A DNA stretch of 63,601 nucleotides, filler included, from Octopus bimaculoides (lineage: Eukaryota), in NCBI RefSeq assembly GCF_001194135.2. It is 4 parts of 3 records of this genome, joined end to end, with 100 filler letters (N's around TTAATTAATTAA, not from the genome) between each part and the next. Parts side by side here need not be neighbours in the genome. Positions count along the whole stretch, not along the records: positions 1 to 30,145 come from NC_068981.1; 3 more parts are not named here. The stretch is one strand, 5' to 3'. Made by a program: the position numbers and the translations under genes. Each line of letters opens with the position of its first letter. Positions within the stretch are counted from its first letter, which is position 1. This document shows positions 11,834 through 22,434 of this stretch, piece by piece. Below the pieces are notes generated by a model, which worked only from the letters and a program-made list of their open reading frames with translations, searched no databases and was not told the DNA's origin.

Positions 11834-12187
11834 GAGAGGCCCTCGGAAAATTCACAAGATTCGATGTTTTTCCCTCATAACTTTTAGGAAAATGAGTTCT
11901 TTTAATGAAATTTTATATAAATACCTTTCAAACGGTATAGATTACGATTATAAAGAAATTTGTGAAGGAAATCTTTTCCAAGGGGGTGGGGAGAGGACTT
12001 CGGAAAATTCACAAGATCCGATGTTTATCTCTCGTAACTTGAAAGAAAATGAATATCTTTCTACTTCACATCCACGTAGGAAACGAATCTGAAAACAAAA
12101 ATGCGCAGAAAGAAACGGAGAGGGAGTAGAGGACTTCGGAAAATTCACAAGATCCGAGTTTTTCCCTCATAACTTTGAGGAAAATAT
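11834..12187. repeat. Three diverged copies of a ~61-bp block upstream of PIGT
   Basis: (g/t)agagg(c/a)c(c/t)tcggaaaattcacaagat(t/c)cga(t)gttt(t/a)t(c/t)...taactt...gaaaat at 11834, 11991 and 12127; spacings 157 and 136. Confidence 0.85.
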
Positions 12188-12559
12188 AATCCGTTTGAAA
12201 TCACAAATTAGACTTTTCCCCAGGAACTTAGATGCTAAACATCCCTTTGAAGGTAAGGGTCCTTACTTCTACTATGTGTGTGTGTGTACATAGATATACA
12301 CGCAAAACCTGTCCATGGCCTTACCAGACCAGAGCTTTTTCAAAAAACAACCGCATGTGCTTGAATGTGAAGTAAGAGATGATTTCTGGTCAGTTACAAT
12401 GGTTGTTTTTGAAAAAATTCTGGTCTGGTACGGATGTTGATAGGTTTAGCAGCATGATGACAGTCCAAAGGATTGAGATACCTGACACTTTGCTGTACTA
12501 GAGAAGACCCATCCTCCGCACCAGAAGTGTTAAGACTGCATCCCCTGGTGAAGAGGATT

Positions 12560-12790
12560 GGCCTGCAAGAGTCCTGTGTCGGTGCCATGTAAAAGCACTT
12601 GTGCCAGTGACATGTTGAAAGCACCCAGCACACTGTAAAGTGGTTGGCATTGGGAAGGGCATCCAACCATAGAAACCAAGCCAAATCAGACTGGAACCTG
12701 CTGCAGCTCTCTGGCTTGCCAGCTCTGGTCAAACTGTCCAACCTATGCCAGCATGGAAAATGGACGTTAAATGATGATGATGATGATAAT
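12560..12790 (+). mobile_element. RTE-type 3' tail repeat (family E)
   Basis: gcacccagcacactgtaaagtggttggcattgggaagggcatccaacc...ccaacctatgccagcatggaaaatggacgttaaatgatgatgatgat. Confidence 0.85.
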
Positions 12791-12807
12791 GAAACTAGTA
12801 GTTGTCT

Positions 12808-12925
12808 CTCTTTCTCTTCAAATGTTCAGGGGCATCCTTAGAAATAGCTGATAGCTTCCATTACCTAGGTGACCAAGTCAGCAGTGGAGGAGGATGCTCT
12901 GAGAGCATAGTTGCTAGAACAAGAA
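12808..12925 (+). mobile_element. RTE LINE reverse-transcriptase fragment
   Basis: FKCSGASLEIADSFHYLGDQVSSGGGCSESIVARTRI matches the late RT motif LExVxxFxYLG of RTE-clade elements; isolated ~40-codon fragment. Confidence 0.75.
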
Positions 12926-13368
12926 TACAGCCCCTACCACCACCAATACCACTACCACTCTCCTTCACATGCCTCACCCACTTCAGGCCCCTCTTTCATG
13001 TGCTTACCTGCACATTTTCCATGCCCCCAGATATATCCCCTACCCCTTCAAGCCTCTCCAATTTCCCTCACCATCACCACTTGCTATAGTCATATCCTCT
13101 CCATCCCTAAACATATCCCCTCACATTCTCATGGAACCCCCCTATACCTTTTATACTCTCTCCCCCGCTGTTCCCTGTGGGTAGAGTCCAATACATCTCC
13201 AACACCTCTCTCTCATACACACATGCACACTCTGACTGTCTCTCTATCTTTCTCTCTAACTCACTCTCACCTTCATTCTCCTTCCTCGTTCTACTGGAGT
13301 AACCAAATATCTCCTCTATATACATTATTTACATTTGACGGATATTTGTCCTCATCTTGTTTGTTGTT

Positions 13369-13416
13369 AACACAACATTTCGGCTGATATGCCCTCCAGC
13401 CTTCATCAGGTGTCTT
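13369..13416 (-). ncRNA. Minimal type I hammerhead ribozyme motif (GAAAC mutated to GAAAT)
   Basis: Minus strand: aagacac-CTGATGA-a-ggctg-gagggcatat-cagcc-GAAAT-GTT-gtgtt; stem I gacac/gtgtt closes after a GUU cleavage triplet. Confidence 0.7.
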
Positions 13417-13579
13417 GGGGAAATTCCAAACTTGGGTTCTCATTCCTAAGGTATTTTTCGATGTTGTTGTTGTTATTATTATTATTATTCAGATCACGGT
13501 CTGGAATCGAACTCAGAATTTTGGGGTTAAGAGCACAGGCTACTAACTCCAAGATTCTGAGTTCAATTCTAGGCAGTGA

Positions 13580-13620
<41 letters not shown>

Positions 13621-13664
13621 TTGAAAAATACCTTAGGAACGAGAACCCAGGTTTGAAATTTCCC

Positions 13665-13710
13665 CAAGACACCTGATGAAGGCTGGAGAGTATATCAGCC
13701 GAAACGTGTT
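13665..13710 (+). ncRNA. Minimal type I hammerhead ribozyme motif (3-nt deletion at the stem III/cleavage/stem I junction)
   Basis: aagacac-CTGATGA-a-ggctg-gagagtatat-cagcc-GAAAC-gtgtt: intact core boxes and 5-bp stem II; 3 nt shorter than the sister copy after GAAAC. Confidence 0.7.
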
Positions 13711-13929
13711 AACAACAAACAAGATGAGGACAAATATCTGTCAAATGTAAATAATGTAAATAATGTACATAATTCCTCATCTCTTAAATATAGAACTGTA
13801 TCTCCTCTATAGTAAGACAACTATCTCTGTCCTATCATACTCAAACCTCTCATCTGGCACACAGCCACTTCCCTCAGTTTTACTCCCTCTCTCAACTAAG
13901 AGGTCTTTGTCTTACAAGTTACTTAATGA

Positions 13930-14175
13930 CCCTGCTGGTGCTGGTGTCACATAAAAAGCACCTGTGCCAATGTCACATAAAAAGCACCCGTGTCGGTGCC
14001 ACAAAAAAAGCACCCAGTACTTTCTGTAAATTGATTGGCATTACAAAAGGGCATCCAGCCATAGAAACCAGAACAGACAACGGGACCCTGGTGCAGCTCT
14101 TCAGCTTGCCAGCTCTAGTCAAACCATCTAACCCATGCCAGCATGGGAAACGGACGTTAAATGAAGATGATGAAG
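13930..14175 (+). mobile_element. RTE-type 3' tail repeat (family E) followed by (GAT)/(GTA)n
   Basis: aaaaagcacc repeats, gggcatccagccatagaaacc, acccatgccagcatgggaaacggacgttaaatgaagatgat. Confidence 0.8.
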
Positions 14176-14659
14176 TAGTAGTAGTAGTAGTAGTAGTAGT
14201 CACTGAAAAGTATTGCTATAGTCACCCCAGGAACTTTTTACTATTCTCCTCTCAATCACTACCAGAAATTCTTACCATTATAAATGTAAATGAACAACAT
14301 AAGGTGTTGTTGTAAAAGTTAAAAAGAAGAAGCAACGGAATTAACAAGTCAACGTCATTTTCCTACGAAATGATCCAAAATAAACCAGCAGCATTGAACA
14401 ATAATATTCTGTGCTAGATGTCAGACATGCATCACTGAACATTCTTGCCATACCCTGTCAAGAGAAAATATGAAAATAAAAAATAGAAGGAGAAGAAGTA
14501 AGGAAATATTAAATCAAAATAAGTAGGAAATTCTTCTTTCATTTATGTATGTATTTATTTTTATTCTATTTAATGGTGTCAGGAACTTGTAGACAACATG
14601 ATGAAATTAAAGGAAACAAAGTAATATGAAGATGATGCATAGGAAATTTTATTTCTTAT

Positions 14660-15050
14660 ATTCATCATCATCATCATCATTGTCATTAACGTCCACTTTC
14701 CATGCTAGCATGGGTTGGACGATTTGACTGAGGACTGGTGGACCAGGTGGCTACACCAGCCTCCAATCTGATTTGGCAGAGTTTCTACAGCTGGATGCCC
14801 TTTCTAACGCCAACCACTCCGAGAGTGTAGTGGGTGCTTTTACATGCCACCGGCACGAAGGCCAGTCAGGCAGTACTGGTAATGGCCACGCTCAAAATGG
14901 TGTATTTTATGTGCCACCTGCACAGGAGCCAGTTCGGCGCCACTGGCAACAATCTCACTTGAATGTCTTACTGGCAACGGCCACGCTCAAAATGGTGTAT
15001 TTTACGTGTCACCTGCACAGGAGCCAGTCCATCGGTACTGGCAACGATGT
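14660..15050 (-). mobile_element. Longer RTE-type 3' UTR copy with internal tandem duplication
   Basis: Family E tail at 14660-14870, plus the block ctgg(t/c)aa(t/c)ggccacgctcaaaatggtgtatttta(t/c)gtg(c/t)cacctgcacaggagccagt present twice (~14877 and ~14971). Confidence 0.8.
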
Positions 15051-17482
15051 TCATGATATTACATTATATGGTTAGTGAGTCAGCTGAGAGAGGAAAGAAC
15101 ACTAGACAAAATGTATTTGAGTACTTTAATCGTGTCTGTATGTTTTGATTCAAAACTCTTTGGAGGTGACTTTTCTTGTCATACTTTCTGGTTTGATAAA
15201 GTAAGCAGCAGTAATATACTGAGATTAATTCACAACAACTATACTTCTGCCTATTTAAGAATTTATCTTGTGTCTTGTCAAGTTCAATCTTCATTTTTAT
15301 TGTTATTGATAATATACCTCCGTCGATAAACCTCTGTACCTGGCTTTCGTTGATGATGATTACTGTGCTGGATGTTCCAGTTTCATGTTCTGGGTTCAAA
15401 TATCACCAAGGTCAACTCTGCATTTCATCCTGAGGTTAATAAATTAAGTACTAGGTGAGAATTGGCTTGATGTCAACAACTAGCCTCTACCCATTAAATT
15501 TCAGGCCTCATGCCTATAATAGAAAGAATTATAATTAATAACTGTTTCTAACATAGACACAAGGCCACAAATTTGGGTGGGAGGGATTAGTTAATGAGAT
15601 AGACCACAGTATTTGAAACTAAAAGGATGAGAACTAAAAGTGACTTTGTAGAAATTTGAACTCAGAGCATAAAGAGGTAGAACAAATTCTGAACGACATT
15701 TTACCCAACACTTTATTGATTTTTCCAATGCACTGCTCTTGTTATGATTAAAAATAAAAGAATATTTATTGCACCACATCTGTGTTTATATATCCGGGAT
15801 GTAATGTATATAAAAATAAATACAATATAAACAAACAATAAAACATATGTTATTGACTGCATAAAACAAAAAAGAGCTGATTTGGCTGGTAAGCAAGTTA
15901 TTCCTTACACAGAAAATGTCTTTCAAACAAATCCACCTTGCCCTCACTTCTCAGTCTCTATAAACAGGCAACACTTCCATGCAATCTAGGTACTGCCAGA
16001 CTAGTTCTATGAATAGAGACATTGAAAACGTTCCAGTAGAGAGACATGATCATTTAGTCTGCTTTAACTGCAGATAAATATAGTCACCACAAATACCAAA
16101 GAAATAATCTTGCAATACTAAAGTCTATTCATTCACGAACATGCATGAATACATGGATTATTGCTCACCCCTAGGAACAGTGTAGCTGTGGCACACACAG
16201 ATACCCTAGACTGCAACTAGAAAGGGGTCATCTGACTGACCAGCATAAATCACTCACAGACCTGCTTCAGCTTCTTACCCATAAACACACTGTCTTCTCT
16301 TTGCCTTTTCTCATAATACTATAACAGTCTTTGATCCTGACTGGGCTTATGCCATCTTCACTCAAACTCCCAGCCCACATGAGACATCCAGTCCCTCTAG
16401 GCCCTACAATAGTCAATATGCCATATCTTTCATTCTCAGAACATTGACCTTCTGAAATTCCCTTCAGCGCTGATGTCTTTTCAACAAGTGTTGATAGCAA
16501 AGGTATAGGAAGAACATTTATGGTGTCAGTGTTATTGGTCTTTGAGGCCCTGTTCTGAAGGCCATGGATACTAGCCTCTTCTTCCAGGCCCAACAAGTAA
16601 AAAGAAGAAAAAAAACAGCTAAAACCTTTAAACTTACTTCAAATGCTAATCCACATCATCTGATGATACCAACCCAATGAGGATATTTCTACATGGTCAC
16701 TCAATCGGCTAGAAATAGCAACTAAATCTACCTCAATTCACACCCTATATTTAGAAAAAACACTAGCTGAAGTACATTTCTTGCCACCTGTTATTCCCAC
16801 TTTATATCATCTTCTAAACCCTACACAAAATACTTTCTCAATTCTTATTACCAGAAATGCAGTTCTCTGAACTCAACTGATTAAATGTCTCCTAACAATG
16901 TTCATCATAAGACTGGTCGGGGGATGGTAGTATTTAAAGGAAACTGATAAATTGCTATGCTTAATGAAATAAAGATGGTTTTAAACTTTTGAATCTTGTC
17001 CAAAACTATTGTCGAAGAAAGAAGAGTTGTATTGACCCAAACTTTAATTCATAATTTATAGGGGATACCTTCAATTTTTATTATATTTCCTCTGTTTCAA
17101 AGCCGCTGGTCCAGTGGAAACAACTTACTAGTTTTCACACCGAACGGTGCAAGGGACATAACTTTTAAGAGCAAATTTTGTTTAATACAGAAAGTATTAG
17201 AACAGTATCTTGGAAAGCCTGGGAAATACTGTTCTGCAATGTTTACAATACTTTCAATTACTTCCACTAGCAATCGGAGTAAAGTATTTAGTTGCTAATT
17301 AATCCATTGACAAAAGGGACTGCCTATGTTGTCGCTAGAAACAGCAACCGAAATTTCTTTAACACAACCTTAAAAAAGGAAAGAACGTATTTTATTAATG
17401 CTTTCATAGATACACTATGACGCTATGCCGAACACACATCAGTAATAGATGATAGAATGGTCATGTTTGGAATGATTTATCT

Positions 17483-18105
17483 TTTACTTGTTTCAGTCAT
17501 TTGACTGTGGCCATGCTGGGGCATCGCTTTGAAGGGTTTTAGTCGAATAAATCGACTCCAGGACTTGTATTTTTTAAAGCCTGGTACTTATTTTATCAAT
17601 CTCTTTTTGCGGAGACGTAAATACACCAACACAAGTTGTCAAGCGATGGTGTGGGACAGATACATACATATATCATTATCATCATCATTATCATCATCAT
17701 CGTTTAACGTCCGCTTTCCATGCTGGCATGGGTTGGACGGTTTAACTGAAGACTGGCGAGCCAGATGGCTGCACCAGGCTCCAATCTGATCTGGCAGAGT
17801 TTCTACAGCTGGATGCCCTTCCTAACGCCAACCACTCCGAGAATGTAGTGGGTGCTTTTACGTGCCACCGGCACAAGGGCCAGTCAGGTGGTACTGGCAA
17901 CGACCACGCTCAAATAGTGTTTTTTACGTATAATGACGGGCTTCTTTCAGTTTCCGTCTACCAACTCCACTCACAAGGCTTTAGTCAGCCCGACACTATC
18001 ATAGAATTCCCTTGCCCAAGGTGCCCCAGGCAGTAGGATTGACCTCGGAACTATATGATTGGAAAAGCAAACTTCTTACCACACAGACACACTTGTGCCT
18101 AGACT
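17483..18105 (-). mobile_element. SINE family A split by an inserted RTE-type tail (17672-17927)
   Basis: SINE 3' half at 17483-17670 and 5' half at 17928-18105 bracket a family E copy sitting in the SINE internal microsatellite. Confidence 0.75.
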
Positions 18106-18539
18106 GGTCACAAGTATTGGTATGCTCAATCCGACCTGACCTGACCTGGGAGATATATAATAACAAATAGAATTAGGTAAACATTCAAATAAACAAGGCA
18201 AATACATTGACATCTTCAGAGAAACAGCGCAACAATTATTCAACCCATCATTTCGATTCTACATTAGATTTCGTAATAATTTTTTGTTTTCAAATGATGA
18301 GAAATTGAGGAGAGATTAAAATGACATAGGTAGATTAATATGGGAGAACGAAACCTATACAGGTACAACATCCACATTCCGGACACTGATGGTCCGGAAC
18401 CTCTTATAATCCGCGTTTATTTACGAACAGAAACTTCAAATTCCTGCAGCCGCCAGACTAGTTACTATCACCATACACAGTACAGTATAAATAAATTCTT
18501 ATTATTTATATTGGTTACAAATTTTGACATATAGCCAGC

Positions 18540-18735
18540 AATTTTGAGGTGAGTGTAAGTCGATTACAATGACCTCAGTACTTAACTGGTACTTATTTTA
18601 TCGACCCCCCACCCCCGAAAGGAAAAAAAGACAAAGTCGACCTCGGTGGCATTTGAACTCAGAACGCAAAGACGGACGAAATGCCGCTGAGCATTTTGCC
18701 CGGATGACGCCTTTGTCAGTTTGCCGCCTTAAAAT
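18540..18735 (-). mobile_element. SINE family B copy
   Basis: gtcgattac...actggtacttattttatcgaccc...gaaagg...aaagtcgacctcggtggcatttgaactcagaacg. Family consensus seen best at 28835-29066. Confidence 0.75.
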
Positions 18736-19116
18736 TGAAATCATTTATATTTATGTACAGATACCCCTAGTTCACTTAATTATTTAAATGAATTTAATGT
18801 TTGTATAATTTAGGATTTGTTTACTTAGGTGACCATCTAAGTTCGGAAACATCAGTAATGTGGAAAGGTCTTGGAACCAACGGATCCAGAAAATTGATAC
18901 TGCATCTGTAACAGGCCTCCAAGAAATGCCATATCGCAAACTCTGCAAGTAAATGAAAACAGGCCGACTCGAAAAAATGAGCTAAGAAAAATGTTAGGGT
19001 CTATCCTTTTCTTCTCATCCATTTTCTTTTCTGTTTTTTTTTTCCTCCTTTTACTTTTGAAAACTAAATAACGGTACATTTGTACTGAGAACAATACGTT
19101 TGAAACATATTTCACC

Positions 19117-19350
19117 ATCATCATCGTCGTCGCCGTCGTCATTTAACGTCCGCTTTCCATGCTGGCATGGGTTGGACGGTTTGACTGAGGACTGGCAAGC
19201 CAGAAAGCTGCACCAGGCTCCAATCCGATCTGGCAAAGTTTCTACAGTCGGATGCCCTTCCTAACGCCAACCACTCCGAGAGTGTGGTGGGAGAGTCAGG
19301 CGGTACCTGCATCGACCACGCTTGAATGGTGCTTCTTACGTGTCACCGGC
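19117..19350 (-). mobile_element. RTE-type 3' tail repeat (family E)
   Basis: atttaacgtccgctttccatgctggcatgggttggacggtttgactgaggactggcaagccagaaagctgcaccaggctccaatc; further copies ~48860-49025(+), 50250-50420(+), 59150-59290(-); shorter-variant tails ~5555-5655(+), 50690-50800(+), 54930-55070(+), 56090-56220(-). Confidence 0.85.
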
Positions 19351-20021
19351 ACGAATATACAATTTGAAGTGGGATTAAAATTTAAAACGCATGAATTTCT
19401 GAAACATTGTAGATAGTTGAGACGATTGATACTTCTCGTTTGCAATTTTACCTTCATATCCTGGTATAAAAAAAAAACAACAAATAAGAAAAAGAAATTT
19501 TAAAAGAAAGTTCGTTTATAACATTCGAACTGAACTACAATGAAACGAAATTAAAGACGTTAACAGGTGTTATTGCAAAGGAATGTGGCTCAAATAAATC
19601 TGTAAGTGAATGAGAATTGAAGTCACAGACCAAAATGTAACTTTACCTGGAAAGGCGAACTCACAGTTGGAAAATGTCACATTTTTCTTTAAACTCCATA
19701 AGTAGTAGTGAAAGTAAACGAATATTTAAGTCGTTTTTTAACATACAGTGCATGACTGAGTTTTAAAACTAAATTAACATCACAAAAGTAAATAGACACT
19801 TCTAGTTACACCCTTTTTTATCTGAGCGAACACTAATCTTCAGTACGATACCCAAATGGGTTAAACCATTAAAAACTGCACGAGATATGTCTACTAAATA
19901 CTAGATTAAGTATTTAAATATATCATTATTTTGTTTCTAGAGACAGATCTTCGAAAAATGATGATGTCTATTTATTTTGAGATGTATGTGTGCTTGTATG
20001 TATGTATGTATGTATGTATGT

Positions 20022-20056
<35 letters not shown>

Positions 20057-20074
20057 TACACACACACATACGTA

Positions 20075-20285
20075 GTTTACTCAGCTGGTAAAAATGAGTA
20101 GTACCTGTATTTCAAAGGGTCCAGCCTTGTCACATTTAGTGTCGCGCTGAAACTTCCTGAAAACTACGTTAAGGGTACGCATGTCTATGGAGTGCTCAGC
20201 CACTTGCACGTTAATTTCACGAGCAGGCTGTTCTGTTGATCGGATTAATTGGGACACTCATCGTCGTTACCGACGGAGTGCCAGT
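20075..20285 (+). mobile_element. 3' half of SINE family C
   Basis: aactacgttaagggtacgcatgtctatggagtgctcagccacttgcacgttaatttcacgagcaggctgttc matches 27730-27860. Confidence 0.8.
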
Positions 20286-20646
20286 TATATATAAGAGCGC
20301 GTTCTGCCTCATCTTCGAAACGCCTAGTTTAGAATAGAGGCAGCTGATGAAGGAAAAGTTCCATAAGTGGCTTGTCTGTTTTCCTATGTATTCATTCTGC
20401 TGTCCGTAAAAAAGTCCGTTTTTTTGTGCTTTGTTTATGTTCCCGTTCCTTTTTTGTCCACGTTTTTTCACACACACACACACACACATTTATCGTTTTT
20501 TCTTCTTTTTTTTTTTTCATATACGTGTAAGTGTATATGTGCGCCTGTTTGAAGTCATTGTAGCAGACTGCATAAGCATTACCGTCATGATGTTTACAAA
20601 AGCAGCAGCATCCTAAATTAGGGTTCAAGGATTTACAGTTGATTTC

Positions 20647-20945
20647 TAGACAATTGCGTTTGGGGAGCTAGGTAAACATCAGGTGTAGACAATGATGTTT
20701 AGGGAGTTTGGTAAACATCAGTTGTAGACAATGGTGATTAGAGAGCTAGGTAAACATGAATTCTTGATAATGATGTTTAGAGAATTAGGTAAGCATAAAT
20801 TCTAGACAATGGCGTTTAGGGAGTTAGGTGAAAACATCATTCTAAATAATGGTATATAGGGAGCTAGGTAAGTACCAATTCTTAGACAATGACGTCTAGG
20901 GAGCTAAGCAAACAATCACTGTAGACAGTAGCATTTAAGGAGCAA
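20647..20945. repeat. Minisatellite, ~7.5 diverged copies of a 39-40-bp unit
   Basis: Consensus tagacaatg(a/g)(t/c)gtttagggag(c/t)taggtaaacatca(g/a)tt(g/c); units start at 20647, 20686, 20725 and so on. Confidence 0.9.
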
Positions 20946-21257
20946 CTCAAATATTACAGTGAATAAGGTTTAGTATTAATGTCAATGAAGATATGCATCA
21001 GTTCCTAGCTGAACGCCATTCAAGTAGGATGCAGATTGTCAAAATGTTTGAAATAATTAAACAAATAATATAACTTGATCATTGGGAACAAGTAATGTAA
21101 TCACAACACGGTTTATATTATGGTATTACATTACGTGAAAAAGATCACAACATTCGCTTCATCTTTGTTGCAGTACGTTATAGGTTAATGTTTTCTACTT
21201 ACTGTACCATAACCTCGGGATTTGGCAGATGGAAATTATACGGTACCATGTCACTCA

Positions 21258-21302
<45 letters not shown>

Positions 21303-21999
21303 NNNNNNNNNNNNNNNNNNNNNNNNNNNNNNNNNNNNNNNNNNNNNNNNNNNNNNNNNNNNNNNNNNNNNNNNNNNNNNNNNNNNNNNNNNNNNNNNNN
21401 NNNNNNNNNNNNNNNNNNNNNNNNNNNNNNNNNNNNNNNNNNNNNNNNNNNNNNNNNNNNNNNNNNNNNNNNNNNNNNNNNNNNNNNNNNNNNNNNNNNN
21501 NNNNNNNNNNNNNNNNNNNNNNNNNNNNNNNNNNNNNNNNNNNNNNNNNNNNNNNNNNNNNNNNNNNNNNNNNNNNNNNNNNNNNNNNNNNNNNNNNNNN
21601 NNNNNNNNNNNNNNNNNNNNNNNNNNNNNNNNNNNNNNNNNNNNNNNNNNNNNNNNNNNNNNNNNNNNNNNNNNNNNNNNNNNNNNNNNNNNNNNNNNNN
21701 NNNNNNNNNNNNNNNNNNNNNNNNNNNNNNNNNNNNNNNNNNNNNNNNNNNNNNNNNNNNNNNNNNNNNNNNNNNNNNNNNNNNTTATGCTGGAGCACCG
21801 CCTTTAGTCGAACAAATCGGCCCCCAGGACTTATTCTTTGTAAGCCTAAGTATTTATTCTATCGGTCCTTTTGCCGAAACGCTAAGTTACGGGGACATAA
21901 ACACACCAACATCGGTTGTCAAGCGATGGTGGGGGAAACAAACACAGACACATACATATATACTTTTCTACTCTAGGCACAAGGCCCAAAATTGGGGGC

Positions 22000-22172
22000 G
22001 GGGCAGTCGATTAGATTGACCCCAGTAAGCAACTGGTACTTAATTTATTGACGCCGAAAGGATGAAAGGCAAAGTCGACCTCGGCAAAATTTGAACTCAG
22101 AACGTAAAGACAGACGAAATACCGCTTTGTATTTCGCCTGATGTGCTAACGTTTCTGCCAGCTCGCAGCCCT
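22000..22172 (-). mobile_element. SINE family B copy
   Basis: cagtcgattagattgaccccagtaagcaactggtacttaatttattgacgccgaaaggatgaaaggcaaagtcgacctcggcaaaatttgaactcagaacg. Confidence 0.8.
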
Positions 22173-22174
22173 TT

Positions 22175-22206
<32 letters not shown>

Positions 22207-22276
22207 TGTATGTATGTGTGTATGTATGTATGTAGGTACGTACGCATGTATGTATATGTACACACACACACACACG

Positions 22277-22324
<48 letters not shown>

Positions 22325-22434
22325 ATATTAGGGATAAAATCCAAAATTACAGGTAAAAACTTTATTAAAATCAATTTATTAAAAATTAAAATTAAATTAA
22401 GTTTCACAGAGTAAAATATATACAAATATATAGT

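Larger units (their letters stand above)
13321..13798. mobile_element. Palindromic Penelope-like non-autonomous element with 13-bp flanking direct repeat
   Basis: 13321-~13530 is the reverse complement of ~13545-13755 (mirrored ORFs 13389..13676+ and 13406..13672-). TATCTCCTCTATA at 13308-13320 and 13799-13811. Each arm carries a CTGATGA...GAAA motif. Confidence 0.75.

Noticed and set aside
16267-16596. 109-aa ORF, possibly a decayed LINE endonuclease start
   Set aside because: Starts at a non-ATG codon, no convincing motif in any single frame; at most an old TE fragment.
18820-18950. Possible minus-strand exon (acceptor ttacttgcag, frame SLRYGISWRPVTDAVSIFWIRWFQDL)
   Set aside because: Weak donor, no recognisable homology and no partner exons.
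11834-20945. CRISPR-like reading of the repeats at 11834-12187 and 20647-20945
   Set aside because: Eukaryotic context, no cas genes, repeats diverged, and spacers either absent (tandem units) or long and partly homologous to each other.
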